A stretch of 64,000 nt of DNA from a virus (Duplodnaviria > Caudoviricetes). This document shows positions 1-9,466 of the stretch, one piece after another (positions within the stretch are counted from its first letter, which is position 1; each line of letters starts with the position of its first letter). The position numbers were made by a program, and so were the translations under genes. Location of the stretch: IMG/VR virus record IMGVR_UViG_3300010429_001617; one strand, 5' to 3'. The notes under the pieces are model-generated. The model had not been told where the DNA came from. It saw only the letters and a list, made by a program, of their open reading frames with translations, and did not search any database.

Positions 1-92
1 AAGGATTTGAAGTATTGACTATATGGGATTCGGATTATCGTCATAGACCAGATCTCACTCTCCAAAAATGTTTAGATTTTCTTAAAATTTGA
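1..92 (+). CDS. 3' end of Vsr/DUF559-like endonuclease (partial, runs off window)
   Basis: Frame from base 3 reads GFEVLTIWDSDYRHRPDLTLQKCLDFLKI*, the typical Vsr-like C-terminus (G.eVl.IWe.d). Confidence 0.55.
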   Translation, partial: GFEVLTIWDSDYRHRPDLTLQKCLDFLKI

Positions 93-1118
93 CTAAAAAA
101 ATTCTATTTTATACTTATATTTTATCGACTCCAATTGTCTGTCATCCAATTTCTTTTTAATATCATATTTCATACCAACACCATTGTCAATTACCAATAA
201 TATATCTTTATCTTTTAAAAAATCTATATCATAGGAATTAATGTTGAACCAATTTATTCCAAGACTCTGATGAAAAAATATCTCCCCATTCTGGTATAGT
301 TTTATATCAATGTTTTCGTTGGTATTATTTAGAAAGAAAGAATATATTCTATTTGGTTCCGCATCATTATAATAAAAAACATTATTTAGAAAATGATCGT
401 CGTTTTTGCTCAATTTATTTATTGTGCTATCTGTCATTCTATTCAAAACATCAACATGGGGCTTTAAAAGAAAATTTTCAGATAAATGATTAAATTTCAT
501 ATAAAAGAAAAGTTCAAAAGCGTGCGTGTTTAAAACCGTATCTTTCAACCATTCTTCATACCATATTGGAAGTTTTAAATTGTTTACGAAATATTCTGGG
601 TTGCCAGCAAAAATAGTAGATATATAATGGTTCATGTTCTTGAAATCATCTCTTTTAGGTCCTTCAAGGAACATCATTTTTTTATTGTTGTTCATCATTT
701 CATTTTTCAATTCTCTAATCACATCTTTGGATTTGTCTCCCAATATGTTATCTCCTTCTATATAAGCGAAGAACTCATAATTCAATCCCTTAGCTAATGT
801 TGCTCCAAGATAAACATTTCTATAAATATCGAAATGATAGGCGTTATCAAATTTAGCTGAAACTCTAAAATTTTGAGTAGCGTAAAAAAATCCTTCAAAC
901 GTGTCCGTATTATTTTCATAATCAAAAAAAGATTTAATATCGTGAAAATCATAAATGTAATAATCTGCCAATTCAAACACACTTTTTTCTATTTTAAAAT
1001 TGGAAACTAATATAATATCAAAATCTGGAGATCGCAAATTCTCTAAGACTTCTTTTAAAACTTCCATTCTTTTGTTGTCTGATGGATAAGTGGATACAAT
1101 AAAAACATTCTTATTCAT
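93..1118 (-). CDS. hypothetical protein, possibly glycosyltransferase-associated
   Basis: 341-aa ORF; N-terminal beta-alpha-beta (VFIVSTYP...DIILVSN) and EGD motif reminiscent of phage GT-A-like proteins. Confidence 0.35.
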   Translation of the reverse strand: MNKNVFIVSTYPSDNKRMEVLKEVLENLRSPDFDIILVSNFKIEKSVFELADYYIYDFHDIKSFFDYENNTDTFEGFFYATQNFRVSAKFDNAYHFDIYRNVYLGATLAKGLNYEFFAYIEGDNILGDKSKDVIRELKNEMMNNNKKMMFLEGPKRDDFKNMNHYISTIFAGNPEYFVNNLKLPIWYEEWLKDTVLNTHAFELFFYMKFNHLSENFLLKPHVDVLNRMTDSTINKLSKNDDHFLNNVFYYNDAEPNRIYSFFLNNTNENIDIKLYQNGEIFFHQSLGINWFNINSYDIDFLKDKDILLVIDNGVGMKYDIKKKLDDRQLESIKYKYKIEFF

Positions 1119-1173
1119 TCTTTTTCAGTTTTTTTTATTTTTAGATGTTTAAAAATATTTTGTTTAAAAAAAA

Positions 1174-1182
1174 TAATATATA
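1174..1182 (+). promoter_or_regulatory. putative late promoter TAATATATA (representative copy)
   Basis: Same 9-mer lies just upstream of many starts: + strand 5042, 6804, 9443, 17073, 19784, 23803, 29298, 44762, 49370, 53967, 60298, 61137, 62731; - strand 4050, 9381, 14513, 19754, 45321, 46223, 53923. Analogous to the T4 late promoter TATAAATA. Confidence 0.7.
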
Positions 1183-1192
1183 GAAATTAAGT

Positions 1193-1558
1193 ATGAAACA
1201 TTTAAAATTATATGAACAATTTGATTTCGAAGACTTGTCAGAAGAGGATCTTTTTGGCCAAAATAAATGGACATTAACCGAGTTTCTAGAACTCGATGGA
1301 ACAGTCACCTATTATATAATTCAAGAATATATAGATGATAACACTGTTGTCCTATATAACGATTTTTATTTTTCCAGATATGTTGATCGTCGTTTTAAAA
1401 AAATCTCCGTTATTGATAAAAATTCTGAAATAAGTGTATATGATGAAAATATGATATATAAAAAAAGAAGAGTTCCAATAAGTTTTTCTTTTGCTTCTGT
1501 GAAATTTGAAGATTTGGCAGATGATGTTAAAAAAAGGTTAGATATTAAAGTGATATGA
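1193..1558 (+). CDS. small protein with capsid-targeting-like leader (MKHLKLYEQ)
   Basis: Leader plus EEDLFG; paralogous N-terminus to next ORF. Confidence 0.6.
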   Translation: MKHLKLYEQFDFEDLSEEDLFGQNKWTLTEFLELDGTVTYYIIQEYIDDNTVVLYNDFYFSRYVDRRFKKISVIDKNSEISVYDENMIYKKRRVPISFSFASVKFEDLADDVKKRLDIKVI

Positions 1559-1941
1559 AACATTTAAAATTATACGAGCAATTTGATTTCGATGATTTGT
1601 CGGACGAAGAACTTTTTGGTAAAGAAATAAAAAGAAATCTCATTAAAGGCGCAGAAGGTTATTATGCCATTGAATGGAGAAATTTAATGTCTCGAGTAAT
1701 CCCTAGGGAGAATGAAAGACTTTATTTATATAAAGATTATGATTGGATTAATGTTAAATATTATAATGATCATATTGTGGATTCACATGAATTCTTTAAT
1801 ATTAATGAATTAAATGATAATGATATTGTAATGATATGTGACAATAAGATGAAAGATATTAGAACGATATGGCATAGAATTAGAAAAAAAGATCTACCTG
1901 AAAATATAAAAAAAGAAATAAATGATTTAAATTTTTTATGA
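1555..1941 (+). CDS. small protein with capsid-targeting-like leader (MKHLKLYEQ)
   Basis: First ~23 aa nearly identical to 1193 ORF; ATGA overlap. Confidence 0.6.
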   Translation: MKHLKLYEQFDFDDLSDEELFGKEIKRNLIKGAEGYYAIEWRNLMSRVIPRENERLYLYKDYDWINVKYYNDHIVDSHEFFNINELNDNDIVMICDNKMKDIRTIWHRIRKKDLPENIKKEINDLNFL

Positions 1942-2354
1942 AACATTTAAAATTATACGAACAATATTCACCTGTTAATTTCTCAAAAGATGGAGTTCTA
2001 ACAATAGTTGGATTTCATGATGACGTTATAGTAGAATTGGATATAGAGATCGCCAACACGCCACAAAAAAGATCAACAGGTCTGATGTTTAGAGAATATT
2101 TACCAAAAAGAAGTGGTATGTTTTTTATATTCGATAGAAGTGAAAAATTATCATTTTGGATGAAGAATACAATAATGCCACTTGATATTATTTTTATAAA
2201 TAGTGAATTTGTTATTGTTGATATATATAAGGGGGCTGAACCATATTCTTTAAAAAGAATAGTCCCATCTGAATTATCAAAATATGTTTTGGAAGTTCCG
2301 GCTGGATTTGTTTTGGATTATGGTATAAAAAAAGGACATAAAATAAAAATTTAG
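1938..2354 (+). CDS. DUF192 family protein with MKHLKLYEQ leader
   Basis: EIANTPQKRSTGLMFR, GMFFIF, SFWMKNT.MPLDIIFI, YVLEVPAG are DUF192 signatures. Confidence 0.85.
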   Translation: MKHLKLYEQYSPVNFSKDGVLTIVGFHDDVIVELDIEIANTPQKRSTGLMFREYLPKRSGMFFIFDRSEKLSFWMKNTIMPLDIIFINSEFVIVDIYKGAEPYSLKRIVPSELSKYVLEVPAGFVLDYGIKKGHKIKI

Positions 2355-2356
2355 AT

Positions 2357-3658
2357 ATGAGAAATTTTGAACGTATTTTTTATGATGCCCCAAATAAATT
2401 TTGTATTAAATTTTCAGATCACAAAACCTATAAAGATTTTTTAGTTTTTTTAGAAGAAAAAGGATTTTCGTGGGCGGCTAATGGAGAAAAGCCAACAGCG
2501 AGAGATTACTATATAGAAGGCAATGAAGAAAGGAATGTTATAGGGGTCGAAAAATTTACTAAACATGTTTGGAATAATTTTTTTGGAGAAATTTTTGATT
2601 CTAGAAAAGCAAGAAAACAAAATTTAGAAGAAGATCCCTGGGATGAGGAAAATTGGGGATTTTTAGATGAATCTAACAATTTTGATAGTTTTAAACATAT
2701 TTTTGATACTACACCAGATGAATTTTGTGTAAAATTTTCAGATCCCATATCTTATAAAAATTTTTTAGCTTTTTTGGAGGATGAAGGATTTTTGTGGGGA
2801 GGTTCCCTAGGCAGACCAACATCACTTAATTATTGGTATGAAGACTGTATTTTTAAATTTGTGGGCGTGGAGAAATCTAAGAAATATGTATGGAACAATG
2901 AGATGGACACAATAGTAACTTTTGATGATAATATAAAAAAGAGGAAACTAAATCTAGAGAACGATCCCTGGGGTGAAGAAGACTGGGGATATGTTGAAGA
3001 AAGAATGATAAATGAGAATAAAGAAGAATATATCATTGGCGATGTAGTCAAGCTTGGTGGAGAAGTAGATTCTTATAAACTAGAAAATATCACTGGAACC
3101 ATACATAGGATAATCGAAAGATGTGGTGGAATACATATTAATTCGGATATTCATGGAAATATAAAAGGATTTTATACTGGATTAGCTTATTTTATAAAAG
3201 AAATAGATTGGTGGGTATCTCCTTACAATATAATCGGACCAAAGACCGATATAAAAAGAAAACATAACTTAGAGGATGATCCTTGGGGTGAAGAGAACTG
3301 GGGGTGGGAAGAAATAAAAGAGTCTGACAATTTTGATAGTTTTGAAAATATTTTTGATAATGCCCCAGATAAATTTAGTATTAGATTTTCAGAAAAGGAG
3401 TCTTATAAAAATTTTTTAGTTTTTTTGGAAAATAAAGGATTTTTCTGGGGAGGCAGCGGTCAATACCCAACAATGCGAAATTATTGGTATGGAATTAATA
3501 GGTACATAGGTGTAGTAAAATCTGAAAGAAAAATATGGGATCAACCAGTTGGTGAGGTTTATGATTACGATAAAACTTTGACCAATAAAAAAAGAAAACA
3601 TAACTTAGAGGACGATCCTTGGGGTGAAGAAGACTGGGGATATTTAGATGAAGATTAG
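2357..3658 (+). CDS. four-module protein, each module ending in DDPWGEExWG
   Basis: Modules 1, 2 and 4 are homologous (FCIKFS..YK.FL.FLE.KGF.W); four tag copies. Confidence 0.75.
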   Translation: MRNFERIFYDAPNKFCIKFSDHKTYKDFLVFLEEKGFSWAANGEKPTARDYYIEGNEERNVIGVEKFTKHVWNNFFGEIFDSRKARKQNLEEDPWDEENWGFLDESNNFDSFKHIFDTTPDEFCVKFSDPISYKNFLAFLEDEGFLWGGSLGRPTSLNYWYEDCIFKFVGVEKSKKYVWNNEMDTIVTFDDNIKKRKLNLENDPWGEEDWGYVEERMINENKEEYIIGDVVKLGGEVDSYKLENITGTIHRIIERCGGIHINSDIHGNIKGFYTGLAYFIKEIDWWVSPYNIIGPKTDIKRKHNLEDDPWGEENWGWEEIKESDNFDSFENIFDNAPDKFSIRFSEKESYKNFLVFLENKGFFWGGSGQYPTMRNYWYGINRYIGVVKSERKIWDQPVGEVYDYDKTLTNKKRKHNLEDDPWGEEDWGYLDED

Positions 3659-4023
3659 CTCATAACCATATAATAATTATAACCTTTTATCGTAAAGTTC
3701 AAATAAAGTATATCCCGATATTCTCCTTCATATAATTTTAAATCCAGCGTATATCCAACTTCATTCAACTCAGGTATATAAGTGCTTATTTGCTCTGTTA
3801 TATTGTTTCTTATTTCCGTATCTGGAACTTTGGTGCTCCATAAATAATATTCTAGATCGCATCCCATGCCAGGATCACCAAATAGTGAACCTTTATTAGA
3901 AAATAAGATCATTTCTAATTTTTGAACCATCACTTCAATTAAATCATTTTCTACAATTTTTTTATCGTTGTATCTCGGGTGTCCTTCATACTTAACATAA
4001 ATATCACTAAAATTTAAAGGCAT
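3655..4023 (-). CDS. gp25-like baseplate wedge subunit
   Basis: ILFSNKGSLFGDPGMGCDLEYYLW...ISTYIPEL matches GPW/gp25 pattern; start moved to ATG 4023, downstream of TAATATATA. Confidence 0.75.
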   Translation of the reverse strand: MPLNFSDIYVKYEGHPRYNDKKIVENDLIEVMVQKLEMILFSNKGSLFGDPGMGCDLEYYLWSTKVPDTEIRNNITEQISTYIPELNEVGYTLDLKLYEGEYRDILYLNFTIKGYNYYMVMS

Positions 4024-4089
4024 TAATTTTGGATTATTATTTTTGAATATATATATTAAAACCTGGCTCACAGAAAAAAAAATATTTTT

Positions 4090-4356
4090 ATGGTAAGCAT
4101 ATCAATAGTAGATTATATAGGAAAGGTTAAAGATGGAGTGGCTATATTATTATCATTAAATATAGATGACAACATATATCAAATGGTTTTTTGGTTTAAT
4201 AAAGAAAGTAGGTATGTCTTAAATGTTGATGATGATCTGTTGAAATTACTAGGTGTTGAAAAAATATATGATTACGAACATCTTAATGATATATTGGAAA
4301 AAATATTTAAAATTTTACCGCCAGTTAAAGATATTTTTAATAAATTTGGAGTTTAA
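4090..4356 (+). CDS. hypothetical protein
   Basis: 88-aa ORF, ATG start, fills intergenic gap. Confidence 0.6.
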   Translation: MVSISIVDYIGKVKDGVAILLSLNIDDNIYQMVFWFNKESRYVLNVDDDLLKLLGVEKIYDYEHLNDILEKIFKILPPVKDIFNKFGV

Positions 4357-4367
4357 AGAAATTTGTG

Positions 4368-5000
4368 ATGGAAAATAGAGTAAAATATCCTAGAACAAAA
4401 CATGTTCCATTTAGTTTGGGAGCTGGAAAGGATGATCTTTTTCATAAAGATTTGAAATTCTTTGATGGAAGAGAAATCGCCTTGAGTGAGAAGTTAGACG
4501 GCGAAAATACAACTCTTTACAGAGATCATATACATGCTCGATCATTAGATAGTGTTGATCATCCATCACGCCACTGGGTCAAGGGATTATGGGGAAGTAT
4601 GAAATATGAGATACCTGATGGTTGGAGAATATGTGGTGAAAATTTATATGCTACCCACAGCATCCATTATACAGATCTGCCGTCATATTTTATGGTTCTT
4701 TCCATATGGGATGAAAACAATGTTTGTTTATCATTAGATGACACATTGACAATATGTGATTATTTAAAATTGGAACACGTTCCCATACTTTGGCGTGGAA
4801 TATTTAATGAAGAATTTATTAAAAATTTTAAATTAGATTTAACAATCAACGAGGGATATGTTATTCGGGTAACAGATTCTTTTTCTTATGATGATTTTGA
4901 TACATCTGTTGCGAAATTTGTGAGAAAAGGTCATGTCACCACAGATGATCATTGGATGTATAAGAAAGTAGTTCCAAATGAGCTAAAACCTAAAAATTGA
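4368..5000 (+). CDS. RNA ligase family protein (Rnl2-like nucleotidyltransferase)
   Basis: KYPRT.H.P, motif I EKLDGEN, ICGENLYA.HSI.Y, EGYVIR, AKFVR..HV. Confidence 0.85.
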   Translation: MENRVKYPRTKHVPFSLGAGKDDLFHKDLKFFDGREIALSEKLDGENTTLYRDHIHARSLDSVDHPSRHWVKGLWGSMKYEIPDGWRICGENLYATHSIHYTDLPSYFMVLSIWDENNVCLSLDDTLTICDYLKLEHVPILWRGIFNEEFIKNFKLDLTINEGYVIRVTDSFSYDDFDTSVAKFVRKGHVTTDDHWMYKKVVPNELKPKN

Positions 5001-5056
5001 AAATTTGATTATTCCTTGAATGAAAATTCAGGGATTTTTTTTAATATATAAATACT

Positions 5057-5404
5057 ATGAAGCATTTAAAATTATACGAAAACCAAGAAAAATTTCTTTC
5101 CAAAGAGTTTTCTATTTATGATCTTAATGAAAAATATCGGCGTGAGGTTATAATAATGTTAGTAACAAATAATACAAAAAACAAATATGTTGAATTTTAC
5201 ACTTATCCAGAATACGAGAAAAAAGAAATATTTGTTAAAGAAGTTTATGAAAAAAGAATTTATAATAAAACTACAAATAAAATTGAATGGGAGTTCTATT
5301 TCATAGATGACAAAGGAGTTGAATATCGTGTTTCAACATCAAGAAGAAAAATCAAATGTTATGCTATCAGAAATGAGGATGATCCTTGGCTTGAAGATTC
5401 TTAA
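5057..5404 (+). CDS. small protein with MKHLKLYE leader and C-terminal DDPWLEDS tag
   Basis: Both peptide motifs present; TAATATATA at 5042. Confidence 0.65.
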   Translation: MKHLKLYENQEKFLSKEFSIYDLNEKYRREVIIMLVTNNTKNKYVEFYTYPEYEKKEIFVKEVYEKRIYNKTTNKIEWEFYFIDDKGVEYRVSTSRRKIKCYAIRNEDDPWLEDS

Positions 5405-5427
5405 AAACAAAATAAAAAACCCGTTTT

Positions 5428-5709
5428 TCAGAACGGGCTTTTAAAGTTTGGCATGTTGAAATTCGGTGGAGTAAAACCTTTTGACATTTTGTTTACATCT
5501 GGCATATTCATTTTCTGTTGTCTCTCTTCTTCTTCGTGTCGCTTCTTTTCTTCTTCATTCTTCTTATTCAACAATTTAATATATTCTTCAAATTCATAAT
5601 AAGGCCATGTGTCTACTACTGTTGTTGGCATGCGTAGCTGATTCATAAATTCAAATTTGTTGCTAATTAAATTATCCCATGAAACTTGAAAGACCGAAAA
5701 GATCTTCAT
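5428..5709 (-). CDS. gp51-like baseplate hub assembly / small tail chaperone protein
   Basis: Directly downstream of gp26-like gene; VDTWPYYEFEEYIKLL resembles the gp51-type motif; start taken at MKIFSV. Confidence 0.5.
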   Translation of the reverse strand: MKIFSVFQVSWDNLISNKFEFMNQLRMPTTVVDTWPYYEFEEYIKLLNKKNEEEKKRHEEEERQQKMNMPDVNKMSKGFTPPNFNMPNFKSPF

Positions 5710-5719
5710 TTCATATTCT

Positions 5720-6679
5720 TCAGCTCGATTTCTTAGCCATTCGTTCAAATGGAGTGACACTTGGTTTGAATATACTTGAGGCCCCTTTGGGAAAGGTCAT
5801 GTCAGCGTGGACCTCCTCGCCACAAACAGGACAAGTTGATTTCAACTCTTTTATACCAAATAACATTTTTCCAACAACTTCATCCAATAATAAGAATGTT
5901 TCCATATCCATATTTTTGAATTCTTCTTCTTTTGCTTTTATTCCATCATCTGTGATTGATTTTCTATCCCATAAAGTAAAAGGTATAATTTTTAGAAAAG
6001 CGACATTTGGAGTTTTGTCTGTTTGAACTTTTTCACGTATATTCTTGAAGAATATCTCTTGTATGCTGATGCTAGGCGGAGCCAATTTATACAATTTTTC
6101 ATTTATCACAAAATCAAAAGTTCGATCTGTCTTGTTGAAAAATGGTTCAAGCTCTGGATCCATATCATAATTGATAAATGTTTTTGGACTATCTGGTCCA
6201 GGTGTCGATCGGAACTGGATTTTAAATTCATTTTTACAATTTTGACATGTCACATCTTTTGATAAGTTACTATTTTTCTGAAATGTTAATTCACGTATCA
6301 TAAATATCAAAAACAGCCTGTCATTATCTTTCAAATCTTTATAATTGCCTGTTGTGCCATTCGGATTTTTTATTCTAACACATTTGCCCAACATATCATT
6401 CATTTTTTCTGTAACGTCAAGAAAATTGTTATCATCTATTGATGAGTATGCTTGCACGTCAGCAACGCTTGCCGCTTTAATCATAACCAATGTTCCCGGT
6501 TTATAAAATAAACCAGCTGGTAACAAACTCAGATCAACGGTTATAAAATTCATTGTATCGACATTATTTGTTCCATAAAAATTTTCTTTTGGAACATCTT
6601 CATTTTTTAGAGCTCTATTTTGATCGGTTATAAAACGTTCAAGAGCGTCTTTTTCTTCTTTTTTTTCTTTATCTGCCAT
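5720..6679 (-). CDS. gp26-like baseplate hub subunit
   Basis: LPAG.FY, DRLFLIFMIRELTF and two CxxC pairs (CQNC, CPVC) typical of gp26-like hub proteins. Confidence 0.65.
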   Translation of the reverse strand: MADKEKKEEKDALERFITDQNRALKNEDVPKENFYGTNNVDTMNFITVDLSLLPAGLFYKPGTLVMIKAASVADVQAYSSIDDNNFLDVTEKMNDMLGKCVRIKNPNGTTGNYKDLKDNDRLFLIFMIRELTFQKNSNLSKDVTCQNCKNEFKIQFRSTPGPDSPKTFINYDMDPELEPFFNKTDRTFDFVINEKLYKLAPPSISIQEIFFKNIREKVQTDKTPNVAFLKIIPFTLWDRKSITDDGIKAKEEEFKNMDMETFLLLDEVVGKMLFGIKELKSTCPVCGEEVHADMTFPKGASSIFKPSVTPFERMAKKSS

Positions 6680-6827
6680 AAAAATTAATATTTTTTATTA
6701 ATATATATAAAACCCCCCAGGTCCTAAATAATTTTTTTATATATTTTAACTATATTTCTTATAAAGAAATATGACAAATAAGAAAAATATGACTTTTTTA
6801 AATTAATATATATAAATAAAAAAACCG

Positions 6828-6983
6828 ATGATAAATAAGAATAAAATAACAATAACTCTAGATAAAGATATTATCGAAACACTCAACAAATTATCAGATA
6901 AACAAAGTATTAATAAAAGTAAATTCATCAACAAAATAATAAAAGAATACTTGGATAGAAATGATATTGACAGAAAAAATTAA
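6828..6983 (+). CDS. ribbon-helix-helix (CopG-like) protein, not in ORF track
   Basis: MINKNKITITLDKDIIETLNKLSDKQSINKSKFINKIIKEYL, 51 aa, classic RHH pattern; overlaps start of endonuclease. Confidence 0.7.
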   Translation: MINKNKITITLDKDIIETLNKLSDKQSINKSKFINKIIKEYLDRNDIDRKN

Positions 6984-8604
6984 AATAAATATATCATACA
7001 CCAATTTAAAACACTTTTCAGAGAAATTTAAAGGCATAAAAATAGGTGATCAGATAGAGATAAGTCCGGATTATTTACCTGAAACAAGCCATAAAAAAAT
7101 TTTAACGAAATGCGATGTTTGTGGAAATGAAAAAGAATTGCCATATAGAGATTATATCAAAAGTTTGAAAAACGGAAACTATTTTACATGTAATCGTTGT
7201 AAGAACAACAAAACTAAAAATACTTTAAAAGAAAAGTATGGGAACGAAAATTATTATAATAAAGAAAAATATAAAAAAACATGTTTAGAGAAATATGGAG
7301 TCGAAAATGTTTTTCAAAATGAAAAAATAAAACAAAAAATTAAAGATAAGAATAAAGAGAAATATGGATTTGAACATTCTTCTAAATCGGACATAGTTAA
7401 AGATAAATCAAAAGAAACCAACTTAAAAAAATATGGAAAAACACATCATCTAAAAAATAAAGATATATTAAATAAACAATTTAGAACAAATAAAGAGAAA
7501 TATGGATTTGAACATTCATCACAAAATGATGAAGTTAAGGAAAAAATATCAAATGGTGTAAAAAATTTCTATATTAGAAACGCCAATAATTATTATGATA
7601 ATTTAATTGGAATAAGTGGCGACACAATAGAATTATATTGTCCTTTATGTGGAAATAGATTCAAAACTTATAGATATTTTTATCACAACAGGAAGGCAAT
7701 AAAATCGGTTCAATGTACATTATGCAATCCAATAAATTCAACAGAGTCATCATACGAAAAGGAATTAAAAACTTTCATATCAACAAATTACAATGATGAA
7801 ATATTTTTTAATTATAAAAAAATATCTAATAGTGAATTCGATATTTTTTTACCAAAATTAAAATTGGGATTCGAATTTAATGGTTTATATTGGCACTCAG
7901 AAACATATAAAGATAATAATTATCATTTACATAAAACAGAATTAGCTGAAAAATATGGAATAAGATTGATACATGTATATGAGGATAATTGGATATATAA
8001 ACAGGAGATAGTGAAGTCCAGAATATTAAATCTATTAAACAAAACACCTAATAAAATTTATGCTAGGAAATGTGAGATAAAAGAAGTATCTAATAATAAA
8101 TTAGTTAGAGATTTTCTTGAAAAAAATCATGTCCAAGGTTTTGTTGGTTCTAATATAAAAATAGGGCTTTTTTATTCAGGAGAACTTGTTTCTTTAATGA
8201 CGTTTGGAAATTTGAGAAGAACAATGGGACAAAAAAGTGAAAAAGGATATTACGAAATGTTCAGATTTTGCAATAAATTGAACACCGGTGTTATTGGAGG
8301 AGCTTCAAGATTGTTCAAATTTTTTGTTAAAAATTATGATCCGAAAGAAGTGATCAGTTATGCTGACAGATCTTGGAGTCAAGGAGAACTCTATAAAAAT
8401 CTTGGTTTTAAACTAGTTGGAAAAACAAAACCAAATTATTATTATTTTAAAAACAAAAAAAGATTGTCTAGATTTAATTTCAGAAAAGATCAATTAGTAC
8501 GAGAGGGATTTGATTCAAATAAATCTGAGCATGAAATAATGATTGATAGGGGCATATATAGAATATATGATTCTGGAAATCTAAAATTTATCTGGACATT
8601 TTAA
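6961..8604 (+). CDS. putative homing endonuclease (KYG repeats, Zn fingers, PD-(D/E)XK/Vsr-like core, conserved C-terminal domain)
   Basis: Repeated EKYG.E; CxxC pairs; EFDIFLPKLKLGFEFNGLYWH; IYARKC...YADRSWS. Confidence 0.75.
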   Translation: MILTEKIKINISYTNLKHFSEKFKGIKIGDQIEISPDYLPETSHKKILTKCDVCGNEKELPYRDYIKSLKNGNYFTCNRCKNNKTKNTLKEKYGNENYYNKEKYKKTCLEKYGVENVFQNEKIKQKIKDKNKEKYGFEHSSKSDIVKDKSKETNLKKYGKTHHLKNKDILNKQFRTNKEKYGFEHSSQNDEVKEKISNGVKNFYIRNANNYYDNLIGISGDTIELYCPLCGNRFKTYRYFYHNRKAIKSVQCTLCNPINSTESSYEKELKTFISTNYNDEIFFNYKKISNSEFDIFLPKLKLGFEFNGLYWHSETYKDNNYHLHKTELAEKYGIRLIHVYEDNWIYKQEIVKSRILNLLNKTPNKIYARKCEIKEVSNNKLVRDFLEKNHVQGFVGSNIKIGLFYSGELVSLMTFGNLRRTMGQKSEKGYYEMFRFCNKLNTGVIGGASRLFKFFVKNYDPKEVISYADRSWSQGELYKNLGFKLVGKTKPNYYYFKNKKRLSRFNFRKDQLVREGFDSNKSEHEIMIDRGIYRIYDSGNLKFIWTF

Positions 8605-9358
8605 ACCAAGATGTTGTAGATTGTTCCTTTATATATGTCTTAACTTCATCAACCATTTCTTTACCTTGTGAAATAATATCACTGGCATTGTATGTGAAAT
8701 TGCCCGGCAATTGGAAATTGAATCTACCTATTAACTCTCCCATTCTAGAACGACAAGTACCAATCACAAATCTTTTAAACATTTCAAAATCAAATAGTTC
8801 TTCCTCTTGGACTCTAACCCAACATTCTAACACAAGATCTGTTGGTTCAGAACTATTTGAAATGCTACCCAAGAAATGTAATCTTTTGTTTATGTGATTA
8901 TAACTAAACATTACTGTATTTTTTGTCAATTTATTGATTTCATCCGCGAAATAACTAATTGTTGAGCGATATAACGCCAAATCTCCAGCTGTTGTGACGA
9001 ACGATGTTAAAAAAGGTTGATTTGTAACACCAAGATTTATAGAAAGATGTGGAGCCTGAATACCCAATCTAAACATCGATGAGTCCTCTACTCGAATTAT
9101 TTTTGTAATGTTTTCAACTTCCTCTGGTAAAATTAAATATTGAAATCGATTATATAAATCCCTCATTGCCCAGTCATAGACCATATAATAATAAGCTTTC
9201 TGGACAGCGAATTGATAATTTTTATAGAACCATTCCAGTACAATTTCTTTTATCATACGATGAACTTCTTTATCTGGTAAAACCTTTGGTAAAGCACCTG
9301 AAAAAGTTAGATCTTGTTGTACTATATCTATTAATTGTTCAATTGTGATCGATGCCAT
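8588..9358 (-). CDS. gp13-like neck / head-completion protein
   Basis: C-terminal FNFQLPGNFTYNASDIISQG resembles the gp13 LPGGvtlng motif; late promoter at 9381. Confidence 0.6.
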   Translation of the reverse strand: MASITIEQLIDIVQQDLTFSGALPKVLPDKEVHRMIKEIVLEWFYKNYQFAVQKAYYYMVYDWAMRDLYNRFQYLILPEEVENITKIIRVEDSSMFRLGIQAPHLSINLGVTNQPFLTSFVTTAGDLALYRSTISYFADEINKLTKNTVMFSYNHINKRLHFLGSISNSSEPTDLVLECWVRVQEEELFDFEMFKRFVIGTCRSRMGELIGRFNFQLPGNFTYNASDIISQGKEMVDEVKTYIKEQSTTSWFKMSR

Positions 9359-9466
9359 ATAAATTTATATTTTTTTAATCTATATATTAAAATCTTAATC
9401 GTTAAAAATTTTCACTTTTTTAATCATGGGCGCTCGTTATTTTAATATATAATAATTAAAAAACAT

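Noticed and set aside
5428-6679. Programmed frameshift joining the two hub/chaperone ORFs
   Set aside because: The downstream ORF has its own ATG at 5709 just after the upstream stop; no clear slippery heptamer identified
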